NCBI RefSeq assembly: GCF_964355755.1
Contig: NC_092672.1
Span: 37,640,437-37,704,436, forward strand
Length of the DNA stretch: 64,000 nt
Direction of reading: 5' to 3'
From: Antedon mediterranea
Taxonomy: Eukaryota > Animalia > Echinodermata
The notes beneath the pieces were generated by a model. That model had not been told where the DNA came from. It saw nothing but the letters and a program-made list of their open reading frames with translations, and ran no database searches. Of the stretch, positions 15,001-25,081 are shown piece after piece; position 1 is the first letter of the stretch; every line of letters starts with the position of its first letter. The position numbers and the translations under genes are program-made.

Positions 15001-18000
15001 ATAAGGTTTTGTTTCCTCAAATGACAAAATCACTATGATAGATGTATCCTTTGGCAGGATCTAGAATAGAAAGATAGAATTCCTCCTAGGTTTTATCCAA
15101 AGGACTGGTTAATATCTCCCCTATGAAACGGCCAATGTGAAAATGGTTACGATCTCACTTGGTAGCTGGAGGGGATTAAACAGTCGTATGTCTCTTACAA
15201 TTTAAAATATAACAGCAAATTATCAGTACTTTACTTTGAGATAAATAAAGAAATGAATTAAAGACACTACTGTGGAAACTGAACATGTTTTACCTATTTC
15301 AATAGTTATTATTTTCATGTTGCACTGCGAGACTCCGAGCGCTATATAAATGTTGGATATTATTATAATTATTTATTACAGAGCAATGACCTCACCTTCA
15401 GTAATAGTGTCATCATCATAATCATCCTCCTCTTGTTCATCATCATCATCACTATCTAACTCTGCCTCAAACTCGTCATTATACGCTGCCGCATATTTCT
15501 TCATCAGATCTTCAATAGATAGCTCTCCCTCGGCAGCTAGTTCATCTAATTCTGCTTTGTGGTCTTGACATCCCTCTGCATCTTCTTGTTCTTCCATTGT
15601 TTCTTCGTCATCAACAACTTTTAAAAGAATTTAGTTTATTTAGGATTTAAATTATATTTCTTTATTAATAATTTAAAAGTACAACAAAACACATGTTAGT
15701 GTGTATCCTTTAGCAGGTATCAGAATAGAAACATAGAATTCTTTCCAATGTTTATCCAAAGGACTGGTTAATATCTCCCCTATGAAACGGCCAATGTGAA
15801 AATGGTTACGATCTCACTTGGTAGCTGGAGGGGATTTAAAGCAAGTTTATTGTTTTACTAATTTAACTTTTTAAGTTGAATTCATACTCACTGCTAGCCT
15901 CCTCTTCATCATCAGTTGGAACAAACTCATTGTCTTCCTTTTCTTTTGATTCCTGAAACAAATTAAAATCAAATGTAAAAATAAAAAGCAACGTAACTAA
16001 TGACAGCCGTAATTGATTCTATGCTTTGTTCTTTATTTTAATTTATTCAAGAAGACTAACAAATCGGAAATGAGGAAGAGCAACAATATAAAATAATAAA
16101 AGAAATGAAAATAAAATCATGTAATCTGTATTATTAATTCAGACATTTAGTCAGCAGTCATGGAATTCCTTAAAAAGTTAATTTTTAATTTAAAGTAAAG
16201 GTCATATATTCTTCAACAGGTCACACAATGTATGTTAATAGAAAATGAGGTTAACCATACATTGCTGTATTTTGACCATCTGGTTTTTAAATATTTGGCA
16301 GTATAATAACCCAAAGTATGTTACCTTTGTTGGGGCTTTACTTGCGTCTAATTCAGCAGGTTTTTCTAGGATTTCAGGAGGGAGACTATCTAGTAGTTCT
16401 TGTATAGGTAACTGACTTTCCTTCTCAAGCAATTGCAACTCATTCTCTTCTGATTCTACATTTGTTCCCGCCTCTTCTTCTTCCACTCGTATCGTTGTTT
16501 CATCGTCTGACTCTTCATCTTCAGGTTGGAACTCCGCATCTGAATAAATAACAAAATTAACGTGAGGGCTCCAGGAAGTCTTTCATTGCTTCCGTTTAAA
16601 AGTGTGTTATGTATTCTATAATAATGGTGATACTGTAGTGTTAGTATGTATCCTTTAGCAGGTATCAGAATAGAAACATAGAATTCTTTCCAATGTTTAT
16701 CCAAAGGACTGGTTAATATCTCCCCTATGAAACGGCCAATGTGAAAATGGTTACGGTATCACTTGGTAGCTGGAGGGGATGCTAATGAACTATGTACTAA
16801 AATGTATTTATTTTATTCAGTCCACAACCAACAGCGATCAAACCGCCACTAACAGGTTGATCTAAACATAATAAACTATAATAATATATTCATATAAGCA
16901 ACAATAACATAAACAAAGATTGGAACATTATAGAGATTTAACAATTTTATCCTTAAATACATTTAAACTATCATAAATGAATCAATAGACATTTAATTTT
17001 TCTAAAGTGAAATTGCTAGACTTACCATCTTTTGGTGTTTCACCTATAGACCTTGTAGGGCTTGATGGGACAGATCCTATAGATGAGCCAGTAGTACTGA
17101 CATTCAAGCCTTCTGTAAGCCAGGAGGAATACTTCTCAGTTTGTCCAACAATGAAATCAAGTTGTAAATCAAGAGCCTTTTTCCTTCGCTCATCTAATCG
17201 ACTTTGTTGTTTGTATTGCACTACCTATAAAACAAAAAAATGATAAAAACATGTCTGTAGTTTTTACGAGTGTGGGTGGGTACCAATTTAAACAGGATGC
17301 AAATGTTTAGTCTTGAAAATAAACATAAATAAATATCCATTATAATGTAAGATCAAATTAAATACAAAAGAAAGCAGTTGCCTTTCTTTTGAGAGTGATA
17401 ATCTATTAATTTACGAAGCATTTTACGAGCCAGGCATTAAAATGTCAATGCTAGCCCCTGCCAATGCTTCGATGGAGTACAATCATTCTTGATAAGTTGA
17501 TATAGGAATGAATCTCACTGTAAAATCTTGTTGACTACCTCCCTACCCTTCGTAAAGGCTACCCATATGAATTTCTTTGTGAGATTGCCTCTTGACCACC
17601 CTTTGTATTTGCTATACTGTACATACTTAGAATATCTTCATACGATTGCTTCTATCTAAACGAACCTTTTCAATATTTGACCAGAACTGTTTAATTTCTT
17701 TGGCAATGTTGCTGGCTATCTTCCGCATTCTGCTGGCTTCATCTCGTTCAGCTTTCAGCATTTTAGATCGCTGTTCCTGGTGATGCTTAGCAACAGCTCT
17801 TGCCATCTATCAAGAAATAGTTAACAGAGGATAGTTGCCATTCAAAAGCTTCCTTAATTTGAGAGGCGGCCATTTTGGTCACTAATTATAATCATTAATG
17901 CTTTGCTTTTATTTGAATAATTATAAATTGTTTATTTATGTATCCTTTAGCAGGTATCAGAATAGAAACATAGAATTCTTTCCAATGTTTATCCAAAGGA

Positions 18001-21000
18001 CTGGTTAATATCTCCCCTATGAAACGGCCAATGTAAAAATGGTTACGATCTCACTTGGTAGCTGGAGGGGATGACGTACTGAATTGTAATGGTTTTACCT
18101 TTCGTGATGTAGCCTTTTTCCAACGTCTCTCACCAGCAAAATCTGCAGCTAGCCATTGCATCTCCTCAAGTAGGTAATCCCAGTGAGTCTTGTGCCTTGG
18201 CGGTTCCTGGACCTTAGGCAGTCGACGGGCAGACCACACACCTTCTTTTCTTAACTGACCTATTCGCTGCATAACATGCGCCTCCTACAAATTGTAGAAC
18301 AGCAAAACACCTCGTTTGAATCACATACTATCATTTACATTATTTTAATCTTTAACATAGTTGAGATGTATATTATAATTACAAAATTAAGATATGTGGA
18401 AAATGTACAAGTAATTAAATAACCCTGAAATACGGTTACATTTTAATGGTTTTTTTTGTTATGCCTTTCTGTACGTTTAAATTTTATGTGTAGTTTGGAT
18501 GTGAATTTGTCTACTTTTGATCAGTCATTTTTAATGTTTCAATCCTTGTAATACAATATTTTCAGACTTTTTTCTGCTTTTCGTAAATGTTTTATACATA
18601 CATAAATGTTTACATTTACTTAAAAAATATTCAATACCTGTTTAGCACGTTCTACAATTTTCTCCTGTGCTCCGATGCCCACTAGAGAGTTTTGTCGTCC
18701 AAGAGGATGGCGCCCTGCTGATGGTGGCGTCAACTTTCTTATTGATGATGGCGTCATGCTTTTTTGGGACGACATGATGGACGATGTGGGCGTAGGCGTT
18801 GATATAAGATTTGTTGGCCGGGATTGAAATTGATTGGATGCATTTGTAGGTTCTATAGAACAAGGAAATCGATATATTGTAGCTTTATACCACGAGTGAA
18901 TGTAAAAATGGCAAAAAAATAGATTGTGTTTACAATCAGGTATATATTAGTTTTTGATTTAGCAACATTGTTCTAAAAAAATTAGTATTAGTATTGTAAG
19001 ATCAAATTAAATACAAAAGCAAGCAGTTGCCTTTCTTTTGAGAGTGATAATCTATTAATTTACGAAGCATTTTACGAGCCAGGCATTAAAATGTCAATGC
19101 TAGCCCCTGCCAATGCTTCGTTGTTGAATTCAGGGGTATATACACAACCACACAACCAGTGGAGGCATGAACCTTTTGATCTGTGCAACACGCTTTAATT
19201 AAAAATAAAATTCTGCAATTAAAATAGACAAATGGTTTACCAGTTTTCTTGTGTTTGGTTTCTGATGGTATAGACAGGCTTATGGATACTGGTGTGGTTG
19301 CAGTCTTTGCAACCTCTAAAGTTACTTCTAGTCGGGATTCTACAACACCTAAAACAACAGAAAGGAAATAAACATTAAAACAAGTCTTTCTACACTGTCA
19401 AACTAGGTATCCCAATGAAAAAATTCAGATTAATTTTTTTACATTTTCTTTCAGTTAACCATAAAGAACTTAATGTAATTAGCATTTTGCAATTTAAATG
19501 ATTGAAATCCGATTACCCGTTCTAAAGTTATGGTTATTTAAAGTGGTAAAAAAATATACGATTTTTTGCCTAAAAATGGTGTTTTTTGCAGTTGAAATTG
19601 GAAGCATTTTTAAAAGGTTATAACTTTTACAATAATTAGTTAAAAGTTTTGAATTTTGTTAAACCTATAGATATCACAGAGTTGTACAACTCTATTTTTT
19701 TTGGAGCCTCAACGAAACCTATTTTTTAAATTATTGGTCCGCAAAGTGGTAGGAAAGCATTTAACGCCCATTTTTGCTGGAATTCCCTAAAAAATGAAAA
19801 AACTGCAATTTTTCAATGATCTGTAACTTTTGAACTACTGTACTAATTCATTTAATTTTTTTTGTACTTGTTAGAATGTAGTGTATATTTCATTAATAAA
19901 TATATTTTAGATGTGTATATGAAAAAAAATATTTTTTTTAATGGTGAAATTTAAAATTATAAAAAAAAAAATGAAAAAGTATGTTAAAAACGGTGTGTAC
20001 TGTTTCCTTTCTTTTACACTAATTTTCGGTAAGTATAATTATTAGAATATTTTAATATACTTTATATTTATAATTTCAATCATAAATACTATTATATATA
20101 ACTTTTGAATACGTAAAACAAGATTTTAGGCCCATATGATTATGACACCAAATCTAAGCTAAGTAAGATATGCTCTTTTAAGGCAAACGCACAATATGGG
20201 TCAAAATAAACTCATTTAAAATAATCAATGTTAATTAAAACAATTAATTGTTTACCTGAATAGTATATATAACATTATAAAAATTGTTTTCTTTTCGTAT
20301 TATTACGTTATTAAATTGAAATACGGAGCTAAAGTTTAGGCCAAGTCACGGCTTACTCGCGATCAGTAGTCGCTCCCGTTAAAGTATTTCGGTCGCAGTT
20401 AATGACTTTCGGCCGCCGTATACAGAGTCAAATGTAACGTTGGTAAATTAGCTTAATAAATTTCCTCGGTACATTTTAACCTAACGCATTTGCATTGTAT
20501 ACTTGCATAATAAATCTTCCGCACATTACATCAATTTTAAGTTGTTAAATTAATGTGTAAAACCAGATATTCTGCGACGGAAAAGGACATGTCAATCTCC
20601 GACATCGCTGCTGTCATCACACATCTCGCGTCGAGCCGGTCGAACTCGAGCGAGGAAAACTAAACAACGTGTTCAAAATATGGAACGTACCATTCGCTGA
20701 TAGGGTGCATTAATGTATTTAACGGAAAACGCCACAACAAACACGCGCGTATTTTAGAGTACAATATTTTACTCACTACAATATTCACCGGATTATAATG
20801 GTTGGATCTTTAAAATTTTGAACGGGATTTACGCCTCATGCACCATTTTAAAATGTAGTTCGCACAATTACCATGCACAATACGTTTGTAAACTATGTTT
20901 TATCGATTTCAATGTAGATTTAGCTATAATTTAATACCAAAATCCATAATATTTTTCCATAAACGGTGAATCAAAATTGGATTTTTGTCACAAAAATTGA

Positions 21001-24000
21001 CTTTTCGTTACGAAAAACCTATTTATAGAAGACGATTTTCGTATCAAATTAAAGCTTATTTAAAGCCTGATAACATACAACAAAAATTAATCCGCTAGCT
21101 CCAATGGTAATCGTGCGATCGTGTTTTGAAAACTTATGGGGATTTTCCGATGAGGTTTTCAACGCGCGGAAATCGGCTCGACGGGATTTTAGAACCGTTT
21201 TAAAATCGCATTTTCTCGGCAACTAATTCATTAATTTTAATTATAAACACACTTATACATAGATTAAAACAAGTACTTTCAAACAATATAAATTTTGTAA
21301 GTATTAATTAAGATTGAATACGATTTATTTAACATCAAAGTCATACTACTTTTTCGAATTTCGTCAATATTTCAAAAGTGATACCCCTCTGTGCGCTTTC
21401 ATTGGGATACCTAGTCAAACTTTATGCGACAACAAAATTTGATTTGTTTGAACGAGTTAAATACAAAGATAGGTATCAATCCTTTCTCTGTGAATGAGTA
21501 ACATTCAATTTCTTTACGAAGCATTTTACGAGCCATACAGTACAGAAAGAAAATACTGCAACTTTACCTACGAAGTAGCTTCGTAGATAGAACGTAGGCT
21601 ACGTTGTTGGCTTCGTAGGTTCCATTGTTTGGCTTCGTAACCTCAATAAACAACTTTCAATGAGCTACGTTCTGAACTTCGTAGGGAGTTCGTAACCTAA
21701 ATAAACAACCCTACGATGTTCTTAGTGAAGTAAGGTGTGAAATTAATGTGTTAAATTTAATTGGCGGAGGACAAAGTTGTAAATTAATAAAAAATAAATA
21801 ATATTTTGTAATCGTAATATTTTCCTTCGTGCGTGTTTACCTACTCAACGGCGAATATAAATATAAATTTCCCACAATGTATAACGTAGAGAGAGACACG
21901 ATCCAACACCGGTGAACCGCAACGAACAGGCCAACTAATATAATAAACATAATATAGCGAACGTCACATCCAGAAACGATGCCGAGAAAAAAAGATCGTA
22001 AACAATTCATTCTAAATATAGCATCAGGACGTTCAATCGGTCGCTCAAAAAGACTGCCGACAGAAGACCGTAATTAATACAGACCTAGTTTTTTTTTGGT
22101 CACATGGCATGAAATGCGATACTCTCTGCTTACCGCAATCTCTCACATGTTTTTTTTACTCAGTACGAGCTCGACGAGAGAGTGGCTACCGTCTGACGAC
22201 GATAAAACAGTAATTAAGATCGTGTACCTGGATTTTGTGTCACATGACATGAAACATAATACTCTCTCTCTACTGTGCTCAGCTCACATGTTTTTTCCCC
22301 TCCAAATTCTGGTCGGGTCTTTTTCTTTATACATGTCGTAATCATTTAAAAAAAGGCCTATTTATGTATGTTAAATCTTAATATGGAATATATATTTATT
22401 TTGCATATATTTTGTTGGTGTCCTAGCGTAGGTGTCGTTGTTTTTATAATTCGCTAACCCAACAAGGTAGGAATAAATAATTTATAGTGTAGGCCTAGGC
22501 CGCCGAAACAGGCTAGGCCTAGCCTCGACTCTCTCTACGTGAGCTGAGGTCCACCGGCCCGATGTCCGTCCAAATTAGGATAACCGATGCGTAGGGCGGC
22601 TACAAAAATTGACCTACTATCTTTAGGTAGGATTTTAATTAGCAAACAATACATTGTTTGTTTGCATTGTCCATGCTTCTACGAACCACCCTACGATCGA
22701 GGCGTAGCCTAGATTTCATAACAATACATCGTAGGCTACGAACAATACATCGTAGGTAGGAGAGAACAATACATCGTAGGCTACGAACAATACATCGTAG
22801 GAGAGAACAATACATCGTAGGCTACAAACAATAGATCGTAGGCTACAAACAATACATCGTAGGAGAGAACAATGACCTACGTTCTACCTACGATCTACCT
22901 ACGAAAGCCTACGCGTAGATACGAAGCAGTAATTTCTTTCTGTACTGTACATTAGGTTATTCAATGCCAACCCCTGCCAATGCTTCGATAAACTACCATA
23001 CCAACTCTTAGCATTATTCTTCAACGGAAATAAGTTAAGTAGTATAGCAAGTACAGTAGAACCTGTGTTTTACGCACCCTAATTTTACGTACGCTTATAA
23101 AAGCTGTATAAATACTGTACTTTTTTTTTTTTAGGCCTCGCATCTTGCTAGCCTGGCCTGAATAGTCTAGGCAAGGCCTAGCTAGTGACCACCTGCATGC
23201 TGTACAGTAAAGTAGGCCTAGGCAAACACGGTAGCCTTTATAGCTACGATCTCTATGTATTTGGGGACAATTTAAGGTCAACCTGGATTTTAAAAATCTC
23301 TTGTTTTACGTACGCCTTTAGGTCACGTACCGTACGTAAAATGACGTTCCACTGTAGTATTTATTGCTTTCCAAGAACAGTACAATTTATAAAACAGCAT
23401 AAATATTTGATTGAAAATAAACACATAGAATAATACAAACATTAAACTTGAGAAATTAAACAAGCAAAGCAGGGGCCCTTTAAGCCCCCCAAAGGGGTCC
23501 CAATAAATTTAGCCTGAATTGTTTGATGGATTGGAAATGCATACCTGCTACAGGTTTATGTGTTTCCTCTTTAACCTTTGTTTTTGGCGGCTCTTCACTC
23601 TTACCGGTAGTAGAATCATCTAGGCCTGCTTGCGCAATAGTTCTCTTCCTGTCACTAGATGCCGCCGGAGGTGTCGACACAGTTGTTGCAGCTATTGTCT
23701 TTGAACTATTGCTACTAGAACTAGAGGTCTTATCTGAAGATGATGATTTTGACTAAAAAGACAAATACATTGCATGAAACTGCTTTTTCCATTGAATCAA
23801 TGAAAATATCATACAATAATTACCAAGATGTATCATTTGGCAGGATCTAGAATAGAAACATAGAATTCTTTCTAGGTTTTATCCAAAGGACTGGTTAATA
23901 TCTCCCCTATGAAACGGCCAATGTGAAAATGGTTACGGTCTCACTTGGTAGCTGGAGGGGAAGGTAAATAATTATGACATATGTTCAAAATTACTACGGC

Positions 24001-24968
24001 AATAAAATATATATTGATTTTTCCAAGACAGACATATGCTAGACCATTTTCAATGAGCAGAATCTTACCTTATGTGAATCACTGGACGACCTCCGAACTC
24101 CACCAGACCCGTCTAGAGCCTGAGCCTGAAGAAAGCTTACTAGTTGAGGCGTCGGCCTTTTTCTATACGCAACAAAATCCATCATGTTCCCATCTTTTTG
24201 CAAGAAAAATAGTTCAATTAAATTCTCAGTATAATTTTCTTTGAGTTCTTTGAGTTCACGCTCTTTTCGTAAAAGGACGCACCTTCGTAGTTCAAGTAAA
24301 TCATCACTACGAGGATTGTCTGGTAATTGTACTTGCATTTTTAACATCTTAGATGATGGATGAGAAGGCATGTGACTTGCATGGGATGGGCTCCCTGTGG
24401 CTGGACTCTTTCGGGTGTTTGAACTTCGACCTGAGCTTACATTTCCTGGTCGCTTGTGAGTGGTCAGCTGGCTTGTTGTTATCGCCACAGGTATGTTCAT
24501 TGTGCTTAACCCCTGTGTGTTTTGGAACTGCACAGTCTGAATAGTCTGCTGAGGACTGGAACTGACCACATTCACAGTTTGAGGAAGTTGCAGAAGGCGC
24601 CCGTGTTGTAAAATTAAGGGTGCCTGACCGCTCTGGACAGAAGAAGTTGCATCGAGTATGCTACCTGATGGACTAACGGGCACCTTTATGAAACTTGGCT
24701 GTGGGGTACCCTGGTTTGCGAAGTTCCCAGTTCTCCTTGGAGTTCCTTGTATAGATCTAATTTGGGATCCAGTTTGCTGTGTATTGATGGTAGCAACACC
24801 TGCTGGGTTGACCAGTTGTTGTTGGGCCATGATCAACTGGAGTTGGTTTTGAGTTGATGAGGAATTTCCTTGATTTTGATTCATCCCAGAGGCTGCAGCA
24901 GCAGCAAGCACCGATTGGATAATATCGGCCGGTTGCTGAGAGGGGGGTTGTCCATTTCCACGTTGCAT
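58..24968 (-). CDS. SRCAP: SRCAP/domino (SWR1-family SNF2 ATPase, H2A.Z exchange), 5' part; continues beyond left edge
   Basis: HSA-region exon ([33 protein letters not shown]), SNF2 motifs [58 protein letters not shown], followed by the S/T/Q-rich insertion typical of SWR1-like ATPases. GT-AG exons read by eye: 24069-24968, 23545-23752, 19241-19348, 18638-18852, 18099-18284, 17666-17806, 17026-17224, 16325-16539, 15892-15952, 15396-15617, 14800-14930, 14290-14385, 13612-13789, 13293-13429, 12499-12641, 11792-12011, 11001-11137, 10531-10717, 8679-9054, 8282-8484, 7013-7121, 6185-6400, 5176-5367, 58-518. Confidence 0.95.
1520..2560 (-). mobile_element. L2/CR1-type LINE reverse transcriptase fragment (degraded)
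   Basis: ORF 1593-2399 with [31 protein letters not shown]; frameshifted continuation [12 protein letters not shown] is typical of L2/CR1 ORF2. Confidence 0.85.
2706..4417 (+). mobile_element. 5'-truncated RTE-clade LINE with (TAAG)n tail and 8-bp TSD
   Basis: RT motifs [48 protein letters not shown] (ORFs 2944-3192 and 3387-4391, with frameshifts/stops). 3' hairpin cccacttaatagtggg, tail taagtaagtaag, TSD tttggtca at 2698-2705 and 4418-4425. Confidence 0.9.
5395..5817. repeat. 38-bp minisatellite (gttgatataataaatgttgataagttgatatcattaat)
   Basis: About 11 near-perfect tandem copies. Confidence 0.95.
5846..5980 (-). ncRNA. Candidate intronic box H/ACA snoRNA (single copy)
   Basis: Minus strand: hairpin UGGCCA..AGCAUG..CAUGCU..UGGCCA with internal loop, H box AAAUUA, second hairpin closed by CUUUA/UAGAG, ACA three nt from the end; 135 nt; sense to host. 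Confidence 0.55.
6602..6760 (-). ncRNA. Candidate intronic box H/ACA RNA (single copy, 5' end uncertain)
   Basis: Minus strand: H box AAAGCA; 3' hairpin AUCCC/GGGAU with pocket UGCUCACGAA / ACCUCAAAAU and upper stem CUGAGA/UCUCAG; ACA 15 nt below the upper stem; sense to host. Confidence 0.5.
6770..6975. mobile_element. Degenerate/partial copies of the ~150-bp agctctgtctacactatcaaact MITE family
   Basis: Two left-TIR copies (tctgtctacactatcaaact) plus internal atatggtagt / catgtccatat motifs shared with full copies. Confidence 0.7.
7260..8056. repeat. 32-bp minisatellite (aacacaacggcgatacaagcggtcatcaaaag)
   Basis: About 25 tandem copies with no spacers. Confidence 0.95.
8056..8198. mobile_element. 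~150-bp MITE (PIF/Harbinger-like family)
   Basis: TIRs agctctgtctacactat / atagtgttgacagagct. Confidence 0.8.
9130..10263. mobile_element. Non-autonomous TTAA-inserting DNA transposon (Kolobok-like)
   Basis: TTAA-aatggacctgaaatgga ... tccatttcaggtccatt-TTAA; no long ORF. Confidence 0.8.
10825..10961 (-). ncRNA. Box H/ACA snoRNA family 1, copy 1 (subtype a)
   Basis: 137 nt, two hairpins with pockets, H box AUAUUA, ACA+3; in intron 10718-11000. Confidence 0.88.
11182..11377. repeat. 28-bp minisatellite (aagtatgaagagtactgggccaccttat) x7
   Basis: Perfect tandem copies. Confidence 0.95.
11378..11520 (+). mobile_element. SINE fragment with Deu/Nin-like core
   Basis: taaagaaaccag...gaagagtaggggtaccccggtgtactgg matches the core of the SINE at 61440 and resembles the Deu-domain consensus as I recall it. 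Confidence 0.55.
11644..11746. repeat. 33-bp tandem repeat x3
   Basis: ctacaccttcaatttgtttacacccactctcgg repeated. Confidence 0.9.
12279..12415 (-). ncRNA. Box H/ACA snoRNA family 1, copy 2 (subtype a)
   Basis: Near-identical to copy 1; in intron 12012-12498. Confidence 0.88.
12795..12931. mobile_element. ~140-bp MITE with TAA TSD (PIF/Harbinger-like); partial duplicate at ~12674-12760
   Basis: taa-agctcaatctacactatc ... gatagtgtggacagagct-taa. Confidence 0.8.
12981..13012 (-). pseudogene. Remnant of a family-1 subtype-b snoRNA 3' end
   Basis: tgtataatttggcaggatctagaatagaa matches the ACA end of copies 4 and 8; the rest is missing. Confidence 0.65.
13059..13195 (-). ncRNA. Box H/ACA snoRNA family 1, copy 3 (subtype a)
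   Basis: Near-identical; in intron 12642-13292. Confidence 0.88.
14046..14217 (-). mobile_element. tRNA-derived SINE head fragment with internal ~65-bp duplication
   Basis: Minus strand ggattggtggatagcatgcttgccttccaatccc...gggttctgacc resembles A/B boxes; ctaagtttcatttgatg...aggtcagaacc occurs twice. Confidence 0.5.
15040..15176 (-). ncRNA. Box H/ACA snoRNA family 1, copy 4 (subtype b)
   Basis: Same 5' hairpin; 3' hairpin has compensatory changes (CUAGGA/UUCUAG upper stem, UUUGG/CCAAA lower stem); in intron 14931-15395. Confidence 0.88.
15699..15835 (-). ncRNA. Box H/ACA snoRNA family 1, copy 5 (subtype a)
   Basis: Near-identical; in intron 15618-15891. Confidence 0.88.
16644..16780 (-). 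ncRNA. Box H/ACA snoRNA family 1, copy 6 (subtype a)
   Basis: Near-identical; in intron 16540-17025. Confidence 0.88.
17343..17471 (-). ncRNA. Box H/ACA snoRNA family 2, copy 1 (subtype a)
   Basis: GAAGCAUU/AAUGCUUC stem with pocket GGCAGG / CGUAA, H box AAAUUA, 3' hairpin AGAUUA/UGAUCU with pocket CACUC / AUUU, ACA+3; in intron 17225-17665. Confidence 0.85.
17936..18072 (-). ncRNA. Box H/ACA snoRNA family 1, copy 7 (subtype a)
   Basis: Near-identical; in intron 17807-18098. Confidence 0.88.
18992..19120 (-). ncRNA. Box H/ACA snoRNA family 2, copy 2 (subtype a)
   Basis: Almost identical to 17343-17471; in intron 18853-19240. Confidence 0.85.
19404..21413. mobile_element. 2-kb non-autonomous DNA transposon (TAGG...CCTA termini) inserted into a MITE remnant
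   Basis: 17-bp TIR taggtatcccaatgaaa / tttcattgggataccta; flanking duplication gtcaaac(t), 7-8 bp; the empty site restores ctacactgtcaaactttatgcgac of the ~150-bp MITE. Confidence 0.85.
21442..22988 (-). pseudogene. Family-2 snoRNA copy 3 (subtype b) interrupted by a 1.4-kb transposon
   Basis: 21442-21537 joined to 22950-22988 gives a near-identical copy of 25082-25215. Confidence 0.85.
21538..22947. mobile_element. Non-autonomous TIR element with TA TSD and ctacga/tcgtag subterminal repeats
   Basis: TA-cagtacagaaagaaaatactgc ... gcagtaatttctttctgtactg-TA; superfamily uncertain (Tc1/mariner-type or CMC-like). Confidence 0.88.
23054..23354. mobile_element. pogo/Tigger-like MITE
   Basis: TA-cagtagaacc..ttttacg ... 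cgtaaaatgacgttccactg-TA imperfect TIRs. Confidence 0.65.
23826..23962 (-). ncRNA. Box H/ACA snoRNA family 1, copy 8 (subtype b)
   Basis: Matches copy 4, with one mismatch in the 3' lower stem; in intron 23753-24068. Confidence 0.85.
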
Positions 24969-25081
24969 AATTGGGTTTTTTTAACTATAAAAATAAGATT
25001 AGTTTTAACAATAACAGTAATTCTTGCAAAACCGACTAGATTGTAAACAAATAGGTGACAAACATATAATATAATCATTTT

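Noticed and set aside
12046-16704. ORFs beginning MDKHWKE (12046-12339, 16456-16704)
   Set aside because: They start inside snoRNA copies at non-ATG codons and have no protein features.
17343-17471. Calling family 2 SNORA70 (U70)
   Set aside because: U70 targets human 18S U1692 in CCCUUUG; this pocket centres 11 nt upstream.
10825-23962. 137-nt repeat as a CRISPR-like array or SINE/MITE
   Set aside because: Eukaryotic gene context, irregular spacing set by exons, no TIR, TSD, tail or Pol III boxes; strict sense orientation and H/ACA structure explain it better.
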